Positions 1 to 11,264 of a DNA stretch of 64,000 nt are shown here, one piece after another. Both the position numbers and the translations under genes were made by a program. The stretch lies in NCBI GenBank assembly GCA_030264375.1, contig JASCQW010000098.1, positions 33,937,604 to 34,001,603 of the forward strand, given 5' to 3'. The DNA comes from Carcharhinus longimanus. Its lineage: Eukaryota. A model generated the notes under the pieces. The model had not been told where the DNA came from. It worked only from the letters and a program-made list of their open reading frames with translations, and did no database searches. Positions within the stretch are counted from its first letter, which is position 1. Each line of letters starts with the position of its first letter.

Positions 1-728
1 TAACACCTGCAGTCCCAACACCCTTACTTCTCCCACTGACAGGTGTACCGCCCCTACCCACCCCGATGGCCAGCCCGCTGGCCTCCCTCCTTCTGTCACC
101 GCCAAATGCAGAGTGGCAGCAGGATCCCTCACTCCCACATATCTCCCCCAGATGCCCTGCCCCCCTATAGGCCCTGCCTCCCATCTGGCCCCACCCCCTT
201 GGCACTGCTTGATGTCTAGTGGGCAGTGCTAATGTCCCCCGTGGGCATTGCCAGGGGCCAGCTGGCATTGCAAAGTTAGTAATGCCCAGAGAGCAACCCT
301 CCCCATTATCCCATCCTCCTGGGGGGTCTCCAGGGCCCCCTTTACATTAGCAGAGCCAAGCTGCCAGCTCCCCACAATTAGGGAGCGATTGTAAACCCCA
401 CTGAAGTGAAACACTCCTGGCTGTGGAGGTGGGTGGGGGGGGAGGGGGTGAGGAAGGAGAGGGGTTGTGGGTTGGGGGAGAGAGGCTAGTGGGCCCAGAC
501 TCTTCAGTCCCAGGCCCACTAATTACATGTACAGGTTGATTCCAATAAATTATACAGTTCCATGCCAATTTCTGGCACAGAGCCGAAGACAGCCAAAGGT
601 GTGCGGAGGCCATGGCGCCCAGTGTGGAGCCCAGTACTCAGCTTCCATTTGAGTCTCCAGGCCCACAAGCTGAGGAGAATTGCCACCCCCTCACCCATCA
701 GGGAAAGCAACAGTTCGGATTAGACCCC
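1..728. mobile_element. GC-rich interspersed repeat (putative non-autonomous DNA transposon), cut by the window start
   Basis: C/G-rich blocks with tggcactgc/gggcagtgc and accccactg(g/a)agtgaaa motifs also present at 26613-27740. Confidence 0.5.
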
Positions 729-879
729 AATTTTTTCTAAATTTTCACATTTATTCTTGTAAGAGGTTACCAATCCAAGATCTATTTTGGTAAAACTAAT
801 CAGGGTCATTCAAATCTCAGAAATTCCAATCCATCCCTTTAACATTTGAGATTAAATTCTGCCAATTTTATACATTCAT

Positions 880-1443
880 CAAAGGGCTCGACAATAATCA
901 GAGATTATTTCCTTTTGTGGGAAAGTCTAGGACCAGAGGATGTAATTGAAAGTAAGTGGTTGTCCATTGGAGACAGAACTGAGGACGAATTTGTGGAATT
1001 TATTGGAGAGAACTGTAGAAGTTGATTTGTTTAATATGTTCAAGGCTTGGACAGACAGATTTTTAATCAGTCCGGAAACCAAGGTTATGGTGATAAGGTG
1101 GGAAATTGGAGATATTTTGGCCTTGGAGGGAGTGCAGAGGAGGTTTACTAGGCTGATACCGGAGTTGAGGGGGTTGAGCTATNNNNNNNNNNNNNNNNNN
1201 NNNNNNNNNNNNNNNNNNNNNNNNNNNNNNNNNNNNNNNNNNNNNNNNNNNNNNNNNNNNNNNNNNNNNNNNNNNNNNNNNNAATGGCGGGGCAGGCTCG
1301 AAGGGCCAGATGGCCTACTCCTGCTCCTATTTCTTATGTTCTTATGTTCTTAAATCAGATCAGTTATGACCTCATTGAATGGAGGACAGACTTGATGGGC
1401 TGAATGGCCTACTTTTATTCCAAGTCTGATGGTCTTATGGTTT
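880..1443 (+). mobile_element. CR1-type LINE 3' fragments (older copy plus a younger copy spanning a gap)
   Basis: ORF2 C-terminal peptide LEGVQRRFTRLIPELRGLSY; 3' tail gggccagatggcctactcctgctcctatttcttatgttcttatg. Confidence 0.85.
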
Positions 1444-1585
1444 ATGCTTTGTGCCAGGAGTTAAAGACTCTGAGGTATTTTGTCTTAATAACCAGAATTT
1501 AACTTTGACCACAATGAAATTCAAATTTGCACAACTTAACAGGTTAATTAAGTTGAATAATTCCTATTAAATTCAGACCAATATT

Positions 1586-1700
1586 TCTGACGAAGCTCTG
1601 ATGAAGGGGCATTCAGACGCTAAATGTTAGCCCTGTCTATCTCCACGGATGCTGTCAGACTGTTGGGATTTCCCAGCATTTTCTGTTTTTGTTTGAGATT
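1586..1700 (+). mobile_element. Penelope-like terminal fragment
   Basis: ctgatgaagggg...tctccacggatgctgtcagac...cagcattttctgtttttgttt; similar reversed fragments at ~42270-42360 and ~55725-55815. Confidence 0.5.
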
Positions 1701-2440
1701 GATACTTTATTATTAAACACAGAACAGATAACATGTGCTTTGAAAAGAAAAGATAACTTATGCTATTTTCCTTTTCTTTCTTCACGTGCCTTTCCAAATG
1801 ACTGTATTAAAACAAAATTAAGGTAAGCAAAAAAGTTAACTTTTGTAGTTAAATGAAATCTTCAACATTCTTACACTAACAAGAATAATAGACTGGAGTT
1901 GTCCACAGGTTGTGGACTTCAAGCATTCGCACTAGTGAAAGGACAACACTGCAATCTTGCAGTCTTCTAACAGTAGCAGACAGTACCATTCCTCTTAATT
2001 CCTTATAAATTAATTTATAACTTTTCTCACATAAACTAATTTTTGTATGTTTATTATTTAATCTCAGTTGGAAGAAAGAGTCTGTAAGACATGTCTTTAA
2101 TTTAATTTGCAAAAAAAAAGCAATTTTTGAAAAATAAGAAGTCTTGTACAAATTGCTTTGGAATGTTCAAATTGGATTTCTGCCAGACATCTTTGCAGAC
2201 ATGATTTCAAGGCTGGAGCTTATTTTTTATAAAACCAATTCATGGATGCCTTTCACCGTTATAAACCTAAATTTTAGTCAAAATAAATCTGCATGAGCAT
2301 CTTTAATTTATAGTGTAATCAAATTTTTTAATCCAGATTCTGGGTGTACAATCTTACATTGAAATGAAAGAATCAACAATGATATTCACAGCTCACCACC
2401 ACTTTCTCAAGAGCAACTAGAGATGGGCAATAAATGTTGT

Positions 2441-3433
2441 AAGAAGTCTCGTAACACTAGGTTAAAGTCCAACAGGTTTATTTGGTAGTAAGCACCACTA
2501 GCTTTCGGGGTCTCCCCTTCGTCAGGTGAGTGGGAGTTCTGATCACAAGCAGAGTGTATAAAGGCACACACAGTTTACAGAATACTGATTAGAATGCGAG
2601 TCTTTACAGCTAATCAGTGTTCATCCATTGACACTACGACAACGGATGAACGAACACCGCTCGACAATCATCAGGCAAGACTGTTCCCTTCCTGTGGCAA
2701 ACACTTCAGTGGTCACGGGCATTCGGCCTCTGATCTTCGGGTAAACGTTCTCCAAGGCGGCCTTCACGACATACGACAGTGCAGAGTCGCTGAACAGAAA
2801 CTGATAGCCAAGTTCTGCACACATGAGGACGGCCTCAACTGGGATCTTGGGTTCATGTCACACTATCTGTANNNNNNNNNNNNNNNNNNNNNNNNNNNNN
2901 NNNNNNNNNNNNNNNNNNNNNNNNNNNNNNNNNNNNNNNNNNNNNNNNNNNNNNNNNNNNNNNNNNNNNNNAAACGTTCTCCAAGGCGGACTTCACGACA
3001 TACGACAGTGCAGAGTCGCTGAGCAGAAACTGAGAGCCAAGTTCCGCACACATGAGGACAGTCTCAGCCGGGATCTTGGGTTCATGTCACACTATTTGTA
3101 ACCCATGGCTTGCCTGGGCTTGCAACATCTCACTTACTGTCTTGTCTGAGAGAATACACATTTCTTTAACCTATGCTTAATGCTATCTCCACTCACGTTG
3201 TCTGCACCTTTAAGACTTGATTAACTGTGAAGACTCGCATTCTAATCAGTATTCTGTAAACTGTGTGTGCCTTTATATACTGTTTGTGATCAGAACTCCC
3301 CACTCACCTGATGAAGGAGCGGACCCCAAAAGCTAGTGGCATTTACTACCAAATAAACCTGTTGGACTTTAATCTGGTGTTGTGAGATTTCTCACTACGC
3401 TTACCCCAGCCCAATACCGTCATCTCCACATCA
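2441..3433 (+). mobile_element. Penelope-like retroelement: inverted 5' pLTR copy, tandem GIY-YIG C-terminal segments, 3' pLTR
   Basis: Peptide KHFSGHGHSASDLRVNVLQGGLHDIRQCRVAEQKLIAKFCTHEDGLN; ~2441-2615 is the reverse complement of ~3218-3395; flanked by direct repeat caataaatgttgt (2428-2440, 3434-3446). Confidence 0.85.
2495..2530 (-). ncRNA. Minimal hammerhead ribozyme core in Penelope pLTR
   Basis: Minus strand CTGACGA-A-GGGG-AGA-CCCC-GAAA-GCTAG: CUGANGA box, stem II, GAAA box, palindromic AGCT/CTAG; degenerate copy at ~3305-3340 (+). Confidence 0.65.
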
Positions 3434-3453
3434 CAATAAATGTTGTTCGGCCA

Positions 3454-3655
3454 TAGAATTCTTACAGTGCAGAAGGAGGCCATTCAGCCCATAGAATTTG
3501 TACCAATAACATTCCCATCCTTGCCCTATCCCTGCAACCCCATGTATTTACCTTGATAATCCCCTGGCACTAAGGTGCAATTTAGTACGGCCAATCAAAC
3601 TAACCCAACATCTTTGGAGTGTGGGGGGAAACTGGACCACACGGAGGAAACCCAT
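3454..3655 (-). mobile_element. HE1-type V-SINE (partial)
   Basis: Reverse complement of gggtttcctccgtgtggtccagtttcc...ccaaagatg and CR1-derived tail ggcctccttctgcactgta. Confidence 0.8.
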
Positions 3656-3901
3656 CGACACCCATGTTCCATGAATGAATATAAAAAAAACTTGTGTATA
3701 TTTATGGCACTTTAAAATATTGATCCTTGCACTGAGTTACTATCATGTCTTTTGACCCAGTGGGTAACATTCCATTCCTCTGAACTGAAAATGCTTGGTT
3801 CAAATGCTATTTCAGAACTTGGTGGCCATAGAAGGTGTTCATAATGTGTCCAAATAAGTTGATGATCAACCTATAAATTCTTTCAATATATATATATATA
3901 T

Positions 3902-4227
3902 ACGGTGGCACAACGATTAGCACTGTTGCCTCAAAATGATAGGGTCTCAGCTTTAATTTCTGCCTTGGGTGGTGTTCTCCCTGTGTCTGTTTACTTCAGG
4001 TGCTTGGTTTCCTCCCACAGTCCAAAAATGTGCAGATCAGGAGGATTGGCCATGGTATAATTGCTCCTTTGTATCCTAAAATGCGTGGGCTAGGTGGATT
4101 AGCCTTGGTAAATGTGTGGAGTTATGGGGATAGGACAGGTAAGAGGGCCTGGGTAAGATATTGTGTCAGAGAATTGGCCCAGGCTTGATGGGCTGAATTG
4201 CCTCCTTCTGTACTGTAGGGATTCTAC
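3902..4227 (+). mobile_element. HE1-type V-SINE
   Basis: tRNA-like head, V-domain ggtttcctcccacagtccaaa, tail gcctccttctgtactgtagggattcta; preceded by (TA)n. Confidence 0.85.
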
Positions 4228-5085
4228 AATATATCTACGGCAAGTGGGAAGTCTCCTAGTCAGCCATGCTTGACATAGAGTGGTGCCCTTCAATTTCTCA
4301 TCCCGCAAAAGGCTAGTGATGTGTTCAAAGGAAAACTAATGATGTAAACTGATGTAACCTTGTGCTTTGTTGGTCTTTTGTGTCTCTAAGCATGGGAAGA
4401 TAAAGAAGAAGAATGAGTTATACACTCAACTTTTTTGTCATAATCTCAACCCAGAGTTTTAACTTGTTCAAAATCACAATATGACTCAGGTTTCTTACAA
4501 AAATGCACAAGTGTAGACATGCATCGAAAAGATAATAAACTTATGATCCAAAATTAAAAGCAAGGCTACAAAAGATTTTAGCTCGGCAGAAATGGGCATA
4601 CACTACGTGGATAGGAACAAATTTCCATTTGCAGGAAGCTTCCCAACACTGTCATACAGAGACACTGAAAACAAAATTTAGTTGCCTTTCCATGAAAAAC
4701 AGAACATAATGAACAATACAAGTCAAATTCTGGAATTCCCTCCCAAAAGAATTGTTTTCTCACAGCCATTTTAACCTTTGCTGTGTGTCTTTTTAATTTA
4801 TTTGTTTACCTCTTAAACCATTGTCTGTATGTTAAGGTTTTCTTTCATGTCACTCCTTTACACTGTTTTAACATAACTCCACATCCTCCAGCACAATTTA
4901 CTTTCTTCCTCCCATATCTGTACCTTTAGCCCTCCTCGCTCATATTTTACTCTTTCTTCTTGTGGCTCTTTCAATAACCTATTAACCACCATTTCTGTCT
5001 GTCTGTCACTAATCATTGTGTTCTTTACCTGAATTTATTTCTTAACCTGATCTTGTCACAATCATCATCTTCACATTTTCTCTGG

Positions 5086-5520
5086 TGTGGCATAAAGCAA
5101 ACAGCCTTTAGCTTACCAGGTGACAGGTTTGAGGTGCGCTCATTGTTTTCCTTCACACAGCAGGTTATCTCGATTGAGGCTTGTTTAGACCCAGCACTAT
5201 TTTAAATGTGACTTTCCTGCTATTTACCTAGCTACTAGTTCATCCATGGTTTTCCTCTTTGTGATAACCCCCCAAAACTTGCTTGGGGAATGACTAATTG
5301 GCCTCCCTGTCGGACTCATTAATACAAGCTCCCTGGGGACTGGTAATTAACTCACCATGTGGAGCTCATGTACTGAACCCTGTATAAAGCAGGCCAAGGG
5401 GTCCATTATTGTACTGTCCCAATTGGGACCTGTTTGTTTGCCATAGGCTTGTGGTTTTGTGCTGCTTTATTTTGTTCAATAAAGCACCGTTCTTTTAAAG
5501 CTGACTCCTGGAGTTATTAT
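5086..5520 (+). mobile_element. Possible solo-LTR-like segment
   Basis: TG start candidates (5086 or 5260), TATA-like tgtataaag ~5381, AATAAA ~5478; no clear CA end or TSD. Confidence 0.3.
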
Positions 5521-6559
5521 ATCCTTTAAATATGAGTGTTTTTTTTATTCTTCTTTAANNNNNNNNNNNNNNNNNNNNNNNNNNNNNNNNNNNNNNNNNN
5601 NNNNNNNNNNNNNNNNNNNNNNNNNNNNNNNNNNNNNNNNNNNNNNNNNNNNNNNNNNNNNNNNNNNNNNNNNNNNNNNNNNNNNNNNNNNNNNNNNNNN
5701 NNNNNNNNNNNNNNNNNNNNNNNNNNNNNNNNNNNNNNNNNNNNNNNNNNNNNNNNNNNNNNNNNNNNNNNNNNNNNNNNNNNNNNNNNNNNNNNNNNNN
5801 NNNNNNNNNNNNNNNNNNNNNNNNNNNNNNNNNNNNNNNNNNNNNNNNNNNNNNNNNNNNNNNNNNNNNNNNNNNNNNNNNNNNNNNNNNNNNNNNNNNN
5901 NNNNNNNNNNNNNNNNNCAGAATGCTCAAATATGTTTCCAATAATTAATCAAGCAATCACCCGACGTGGCCTGCTTCTGTTGATTGCAGATTCTCTTTCC
6001 AGTGCTTGGTTGGGATCCCCCCTTCTTGACTGTCTGCATTGTGTTCAATCTTTAAGTACTCCTTTTGAGAGGTTGGACCTGATTTACAATATTGACCAGG
6101 CCAAACTGTCCCCTGAAGCTGTCTTTAAAAAGACAATGCTCAATCATATGCTGAGCTCTGTTTAAACTAAAGGGTTTGAACCCATCCAAAATGTGTCCAT
6201 CCTCCTTTAATTTTCTTTCAGTCACTTCCATGATGTGGAGAATTGTGAAGTCAATCTTCAAGACTAAGATGTCTGTAAAATTTGATAACTAAACATTGGC
6301 TCCATCTTAACTTAGTTGTACAGCCTTATATGCTCAGATCGTTTCCTCATATATTTAAATATCCATGTCTCTGTTCATCTACAATTCTTTCTGGATAACA
6401 TTTGTTTATTTTCACTACGTGACACAGCTCAGAAAGCTCAGTTATAAAGGAGCGAAAAACAAGCAGTACCGCATCCCAAATACGTTGATTCAAGGTCAGG
6501 CTAAACATTATATCAGTTCATTTCTTTTGCTTGCATTGCAGATGCCAGTATTCAAATGA

Positions 6560-7880
6560 GTTTGCTCTAATTCACAGCAGTCCGGCCAGACATTGCTAGG
6601 ATTGCTGGGACACTGTCACAGAGCAGCCTGTACTCTCTCAGGATGATAGCATCCTTCTTCTTACTGCTGCTGCTCTGCCTGTTACTTCCTATTAACGATT
6701 AGCCAGCAAGCCCAGCATGCTGCCACACATGCTGAGATGGGTCAGCCTAAATTGGGCCTTATTGTTGCAGTCCGGGTAGATTCAGATAGTTCTTCAAGGC
6801 CATCTGAAAATCTCACCCACTGAAAGTCAACTGCCTTCTGCTGGCCATGCAACAAACACTGGGGTGGCACTGACTACGAGTTCCAGGACACTTATCTGGA
6901 ACAGTATGGAATATTGCATGGTTTGGTTAACAGAGTTGGTTTGGAATTGTTTGATGTTGCCTTTTGTTTCAGCATTGTGGATGTAGTGATGTACAATAAT
7001 AGAGAGAGGGGAAGATAGGGTGCTGTTTTCGAATGAAGATTTAAGGTTGTGTTCTCTGTTGTCATGTTGTAGTTGCTGTAGGAATCATGGAAAGCCTGGA
7101 TGGAAAGGAGAATTATTTGTTGCTTCCTGCTCCTTTTCTTATCCTTGTTGTCATATAGTTTGTGAGATGGGCTGTGCCCTCATGATGGCAGTCATGCTAC
7201 ATAATCCAGAGAATACTGCAGGGATTTTCACGAGTGGTCCAGGTAGCAGAAACATTGCTTCAGCAACTTAATGGTCTGTCCATTGATGTTTCATCTGGCT
7301 TTCATTTTATGTTGGCTGCCAACATTATGGTTAGTTTGTGTACTAGAGTCATGAACCAGTTTGTCCACGTTAACCCTTGTCAACCAGTAGCCACTTCTAG
7401 TTTGACATGGTAACTAAAATACTGAGAGAACAGCAGATTGACACAGCCTAAAGTTATTATAGTGATTGCTGGGATCAGGCATTCACTGCAGGATGTGTTG
7501 AACATGGTCACATATCAACTGTATATTCAAAGAGTGCAACCCATTGGGGTTGTGATACATCTCTGCACATTGAAAACCACACTTATGCATTGATGGCACC
7601 CTGTACCAAGGGGATGCCTATTATCCAGGCATGGACATGCTCTTCCTGTTTCTCTCATCAGAGGGAATCCACATCCCCTGCAAAAGGAACATTAGTCACC
7701 TCCTTTATATAACAGTGAAGGACAAACTCGAGGATGTTGGAAATGTGCAGAATTTATGCAGTTTGTTGGAAAGATAGATTTAGGGGCAGGAGAACTAGCA
7801 AAATTGTGGAAAAGCATGAAGGATCAGGATTCTAACAGTATCCCATCCTCTTGCAGCTTTCCCATGGCCAGGTTGCATGT
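6560..7880 (-). mobile_element. PIF/Harbinger DNA transposon fossil (HARBI1-like transposase pseudogene ~7170-7800)
   Basis: Minus-strand peptides ISNILEFVLHCYIKEVTN, GIPLVQGAIN, NGLHSLNIQLICDH, WLLVDKG, QTIKLLKQCFCYLDHS*KSLQYS match Harbinger DDE motifs; ~6570-6660 resembles ~60250-60360 of the other copy. Confidence 0.8.
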
Positions 7881-8031
7881 GTGGTAGGGGATGAATGCCA
7901 GCAGAAGACTACAAAATACATTATTCTTTAAAAACTTATTTACAAATTTATTACAGAACAATTTAACATACACTTTAAAGTGTATAAGCACATCACAACA
8001 TTAATGACTATAAAAGATAAGAAAAAAACAT

Positions 8032-8621
8032 GGGATGCGATCTTACCGGCTTGCCACACCTGTCAATCAGTGTGATGAGCCAGAAAGATAGCCCAAGAGG
8101 CCACGCAAATTGAATTGCTACCTTTCCGGCCTCATTTTACTGGTGAGAATGGCTTTGCATCTAGGAAGGGCACAAAGTTCATTAACATAGAATTGCCTAG
8201 ATTTCTACATAATTAGGGAACCCAGAACATCTGCTTCTCCCCTCGTAAATGCTTCTAATCTCTCCGGCAAGATGTCATGTCGGTGAGAATCATTACTATG
8301 CAGTAGCAGAGACCAGGCGCCATGGCTATGCTGGAGGATTAGAGCCATTGAAGCCCCTGTGTAACTGGGGGCATGGCTGGGCATCATTTATTGGACAGTG
8401 CCTACCTGCCAGTGTCCAAATGGCACCCTTGCACCCTAGGCTCTGCCCCACCCCACCCCCCACCGCTTCCCCTTCCCTCCAATACTAGGGGAATGCCTAT
8501 GTCAAAAAATTTGGCAGAGTACTGGAAGATTGCAGTGCCGAGCTTGTCAAAAAGCCAGAGTGGAGGATTTCCATTTTCTCTCCATTTTGACACCTCAAGA
8601 TGTTTTGGGAAAATTCCGGCC
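8032..8621. mobile_element. GC-rich MITE-like element with short imperfect TIRs
   Basis: Starts gggatgcgatcttacc, ends gggaaaattccggcc; internal motifs shared with the other GC-rich copies. Confidence 0.5.
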
Positions 8622-8714
8622 ATGATGTTACTTCTGATATAGAATCCAATGAAACTTTAAAAGTACAATACCAAAGCTAATATTAATTTAAGAATACTCA
8701 TTAATATTCAAAGG

Positions 8715-9162
8715 AACTGATGTATGAGGAGAGATTGACGAGGTTAGGATTGTTTTTGCTGGACTTCAGACAAATGACAGGGGAATCTCATTGAGACTTA
8801 TAAAATTCTAACAGGTCTAGAAGGGTAGATGCAGGGAGGATATTCCCGATGGTGGGGGAGTCCAGAACCAGGAGTCACAGTTTGAAGATACAGAGGAGAC
8901 CATTTAGGATGGAGGAGCGGAGACATTTCTTCACCCAAAGAGTGATGAGCCTGTGGAATTCATTACCACAGGAAATAGTTGATGCCAAAACATTGAATGT
9001 ATTCAAGAGGATACAGCACTTGGAGCAAACGAGATCAAAGGTTATGGGGAAAAAGCAGGATTAGGCTGTTGAGTTGGATGATCAGCCATGATAGTTATGA
9101 ATGGCGGAATAGGCTCAAAGGGTCAAATGGCCTCCTCCTGCTCCTATCTTCCATGTTTCTAT
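8715..9162 (+). mobile_element. CR1-type LINE 3' end
   Basis: Peptide ESRTRSHSLKIQRRPFRMEERRHFFTQRVMSLWNSLPQEIVDA; tail aatggcctcctcctgctcctatcttccatgtttctatg. Confidence 0.85.
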
Positions 9163-9299
9163 GTAACACATGCCTGTATTCGCAGTGCACCAGTTGTTGA
9201 GGTAGTTGAAATAAAAAGTGTCTGCTTTACGATATTCACCTCCTTGATAATGGAAGAGAAACACTGAAAGGGTTCTCCCAGTACCCTTCTACAATGTCT

Positions 9300-10740
9300 C
9301 TGACGTTGCTCTAACCTTCCAGTGGTTAGGAAACTGGACAGGTTCAGGGGAGGCACCAGGGACACCCAGTGACCCAGCAACTGAAGACTGGATCAAGGAT
9401 ATGCAATTGGTCATGGTGTACTGGGGCCCCGGTGCGAGTGAGCAGGTGGTGTTTGCGATGGAAGATCATTGAGGGAAGGCCTGTTGACAAATTCTGAGAA
9501 GAGGTACAAATGTTCATTTGTACAAATTTGTGGTGACTGGGGGATGTTCACAATAACTTCATTGCAATGTTAATGTAAGTCTACTTGTGACACTAATAAA
9601 TAATTTTTAAAAAAAGAGAAGTTTGCAGTGGATTTCTGTCGTCCTGGCACAGGTTTTGGGGAGAACAGAACAGTAACTGGCCGCAGTAACTACAGCAGTT
9701 TTTTGAATATAAGCAAGCTGAGGGAGAGGACACACTCTCTGTATCCCTGAAGCTAGTGACATTGTTTAATCAGATTTTCCTCCTCAATCTGTCCCTCAAA
9801 TCTACCTAGGGACACACAGCTGAAGGACTACCTAGCTGAAGCAGTGAGGAATAGAACTATCCAGATGGAGTAGAGGAGGTTTAAATAGTGACATCCCAAT
9901 TGTCATTCTTTGATATGACCAGGGAAGCGGCTTCTATAACCAATAAAGTGGCCAGCATCAGGGAGATGGGCGGGAATGTAGCCCTCAGACTTGAGGAGGG
10001 AAACAGAGCAGATTTCTGCACAAAGAACACCAAGGCAATTCCTGTTTTCCTATCTCCATGGCAAGTCTTGTTACTGATTCTGCCCAATAGATAATCTCAA
10101 GAGTTGCTGGAACTGTAACAGTGTTGAGCCCTTTAAACGAGACTGCCCTCAACAATCACAGCAACCATAGATGTCAGACACAGAGACTCCATCCACTGCA
10201 ACAATCTCACCTTGCCAACTGATGTTGAATTAATTGGGCCCCTCACTGAGTGCCCACAAAGTGGATCAATTTTATTCAGAGCCCTAGGGATGTACTCCAT
10301 CGTTGTTGTGAGATTTGTTATGGTGGAGATGTCATGCTTAATTGACAGCTGAGTAAAGGCATCAATTCAGCAGTTCCTCCAAGAATACCTTGCTGATCAA
10401 TGTCTCTTTCATTCTTCAAATCTCCACTTTGCAAGGGTTGGATATCTTTTATTGTGCTATATTGAGCTCTCCCTATTTGTCCATCATACTTTTCATAACC
10501 TGGGGTTACTGCTGGCTGCTGACCCAGCTGATACTATGGAAGCAAGTTGTTGAAAATGACTGGCACAGGGATCAAAAGTGTCAAGAAACATGCAGTGTCC
10601 TTGGAAGGCATCTACAATGGCTGTTATAAGCAGGAGATTAGTAAGTCAGCTGGAGATGAGTGGTCCTTGGGAGTACAAAACAGGTACTCACCCGAGGATC
10701 AGTCTCATTGTTCTCTGGAGCAGTGTACTGGTGGCTGGTG
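9300..10740 (+). mobile_element. Decayed Ty3/Gypsy gag-protease remnant
   Basis: RKLDRFRGG, EDWIKDMQ...EQVVFAMEDH*GKA, QQFFEYKQAEGE (MHR-like), CWNC (knuckle remnant), VEMSCLIDS (aspartic protease-like); many stops and frameshifts; SINE tail inserted ~9530-9610. Confidence 0.6.
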
Positions 10741-10779
10741 AGTGTAAACTGTGAGTGTACTGATTTTTTTCAATTGCAT

Positions 10780-11264
10780 TGCTGGTTCGCGGGTTTTTTT
10801 GCATTTCGCGCTTTCCGTAGCGGGTCCTAGGCGCAAGGGCAGTTGGGAAGGGAGCGCGGGAGTACAAAAACAAGGCCACAGTAGACAGCGGGCAGCAGAG
10901 TGAGGCGGGTGCTGAGTGAGTACTGCAAGGGCTTTGGCTAGGCAGGCTTAGGCAAGGTGAGATACTGGTCAAATTTTTCTAACTGCGTCCATAAGTTTAA
11001 GGGTGTTCAAATAAATGGCAGGGTCCATGGGGAGGCGTGTCAGCTGTGTAAGGTGCAATATGTGGGAGTTCCTGGAGACACAGNNNNNNNNNNNNNNNNN
11101 NNNNNNNNNNNNNNNNNNNNNNNNNNNNNNNNNNNNNNNNNNNNNNNNNNNNNNNNNNNNNNNNNNNNNNNNNNNNNNNNNNNTTGAGATGGCGGCGCGG
11201 GCTCGTTGGGCCGAAGGGCCTGTTTCCTGGGCTGTTTTTGTTCTTTGTTCTTTGTTCTTTGTTC
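10780..11264 (+). mobile_element. Young, probably long CR1-type LINE with interior lost in a gap
   Basis: CpG-containing 5' UTR, ORF1 start MAGSMGRRVSCVRCNMWEFLETQ (CxxCxMW zinc finger), gap, then tail gggccgaagggcctgtt and (ttctttg)n. Confidence 0.75.

Noticed and set aside
1876-2151. Possible exon with a GTAAG donor on the minus strand
   Set aside because: Stops in candidate frames and no recognisable protein
4578-4769. Cys-containing ORF (LYCSLC) suggesting a zinc finger or hAT remnant
   Set aside because: Too short, with no further supporting motifs
5536-6165. 209-aa ORF and other ORFs containing X runs
   Set aside because: Length comes from N gaps; these are artefacts
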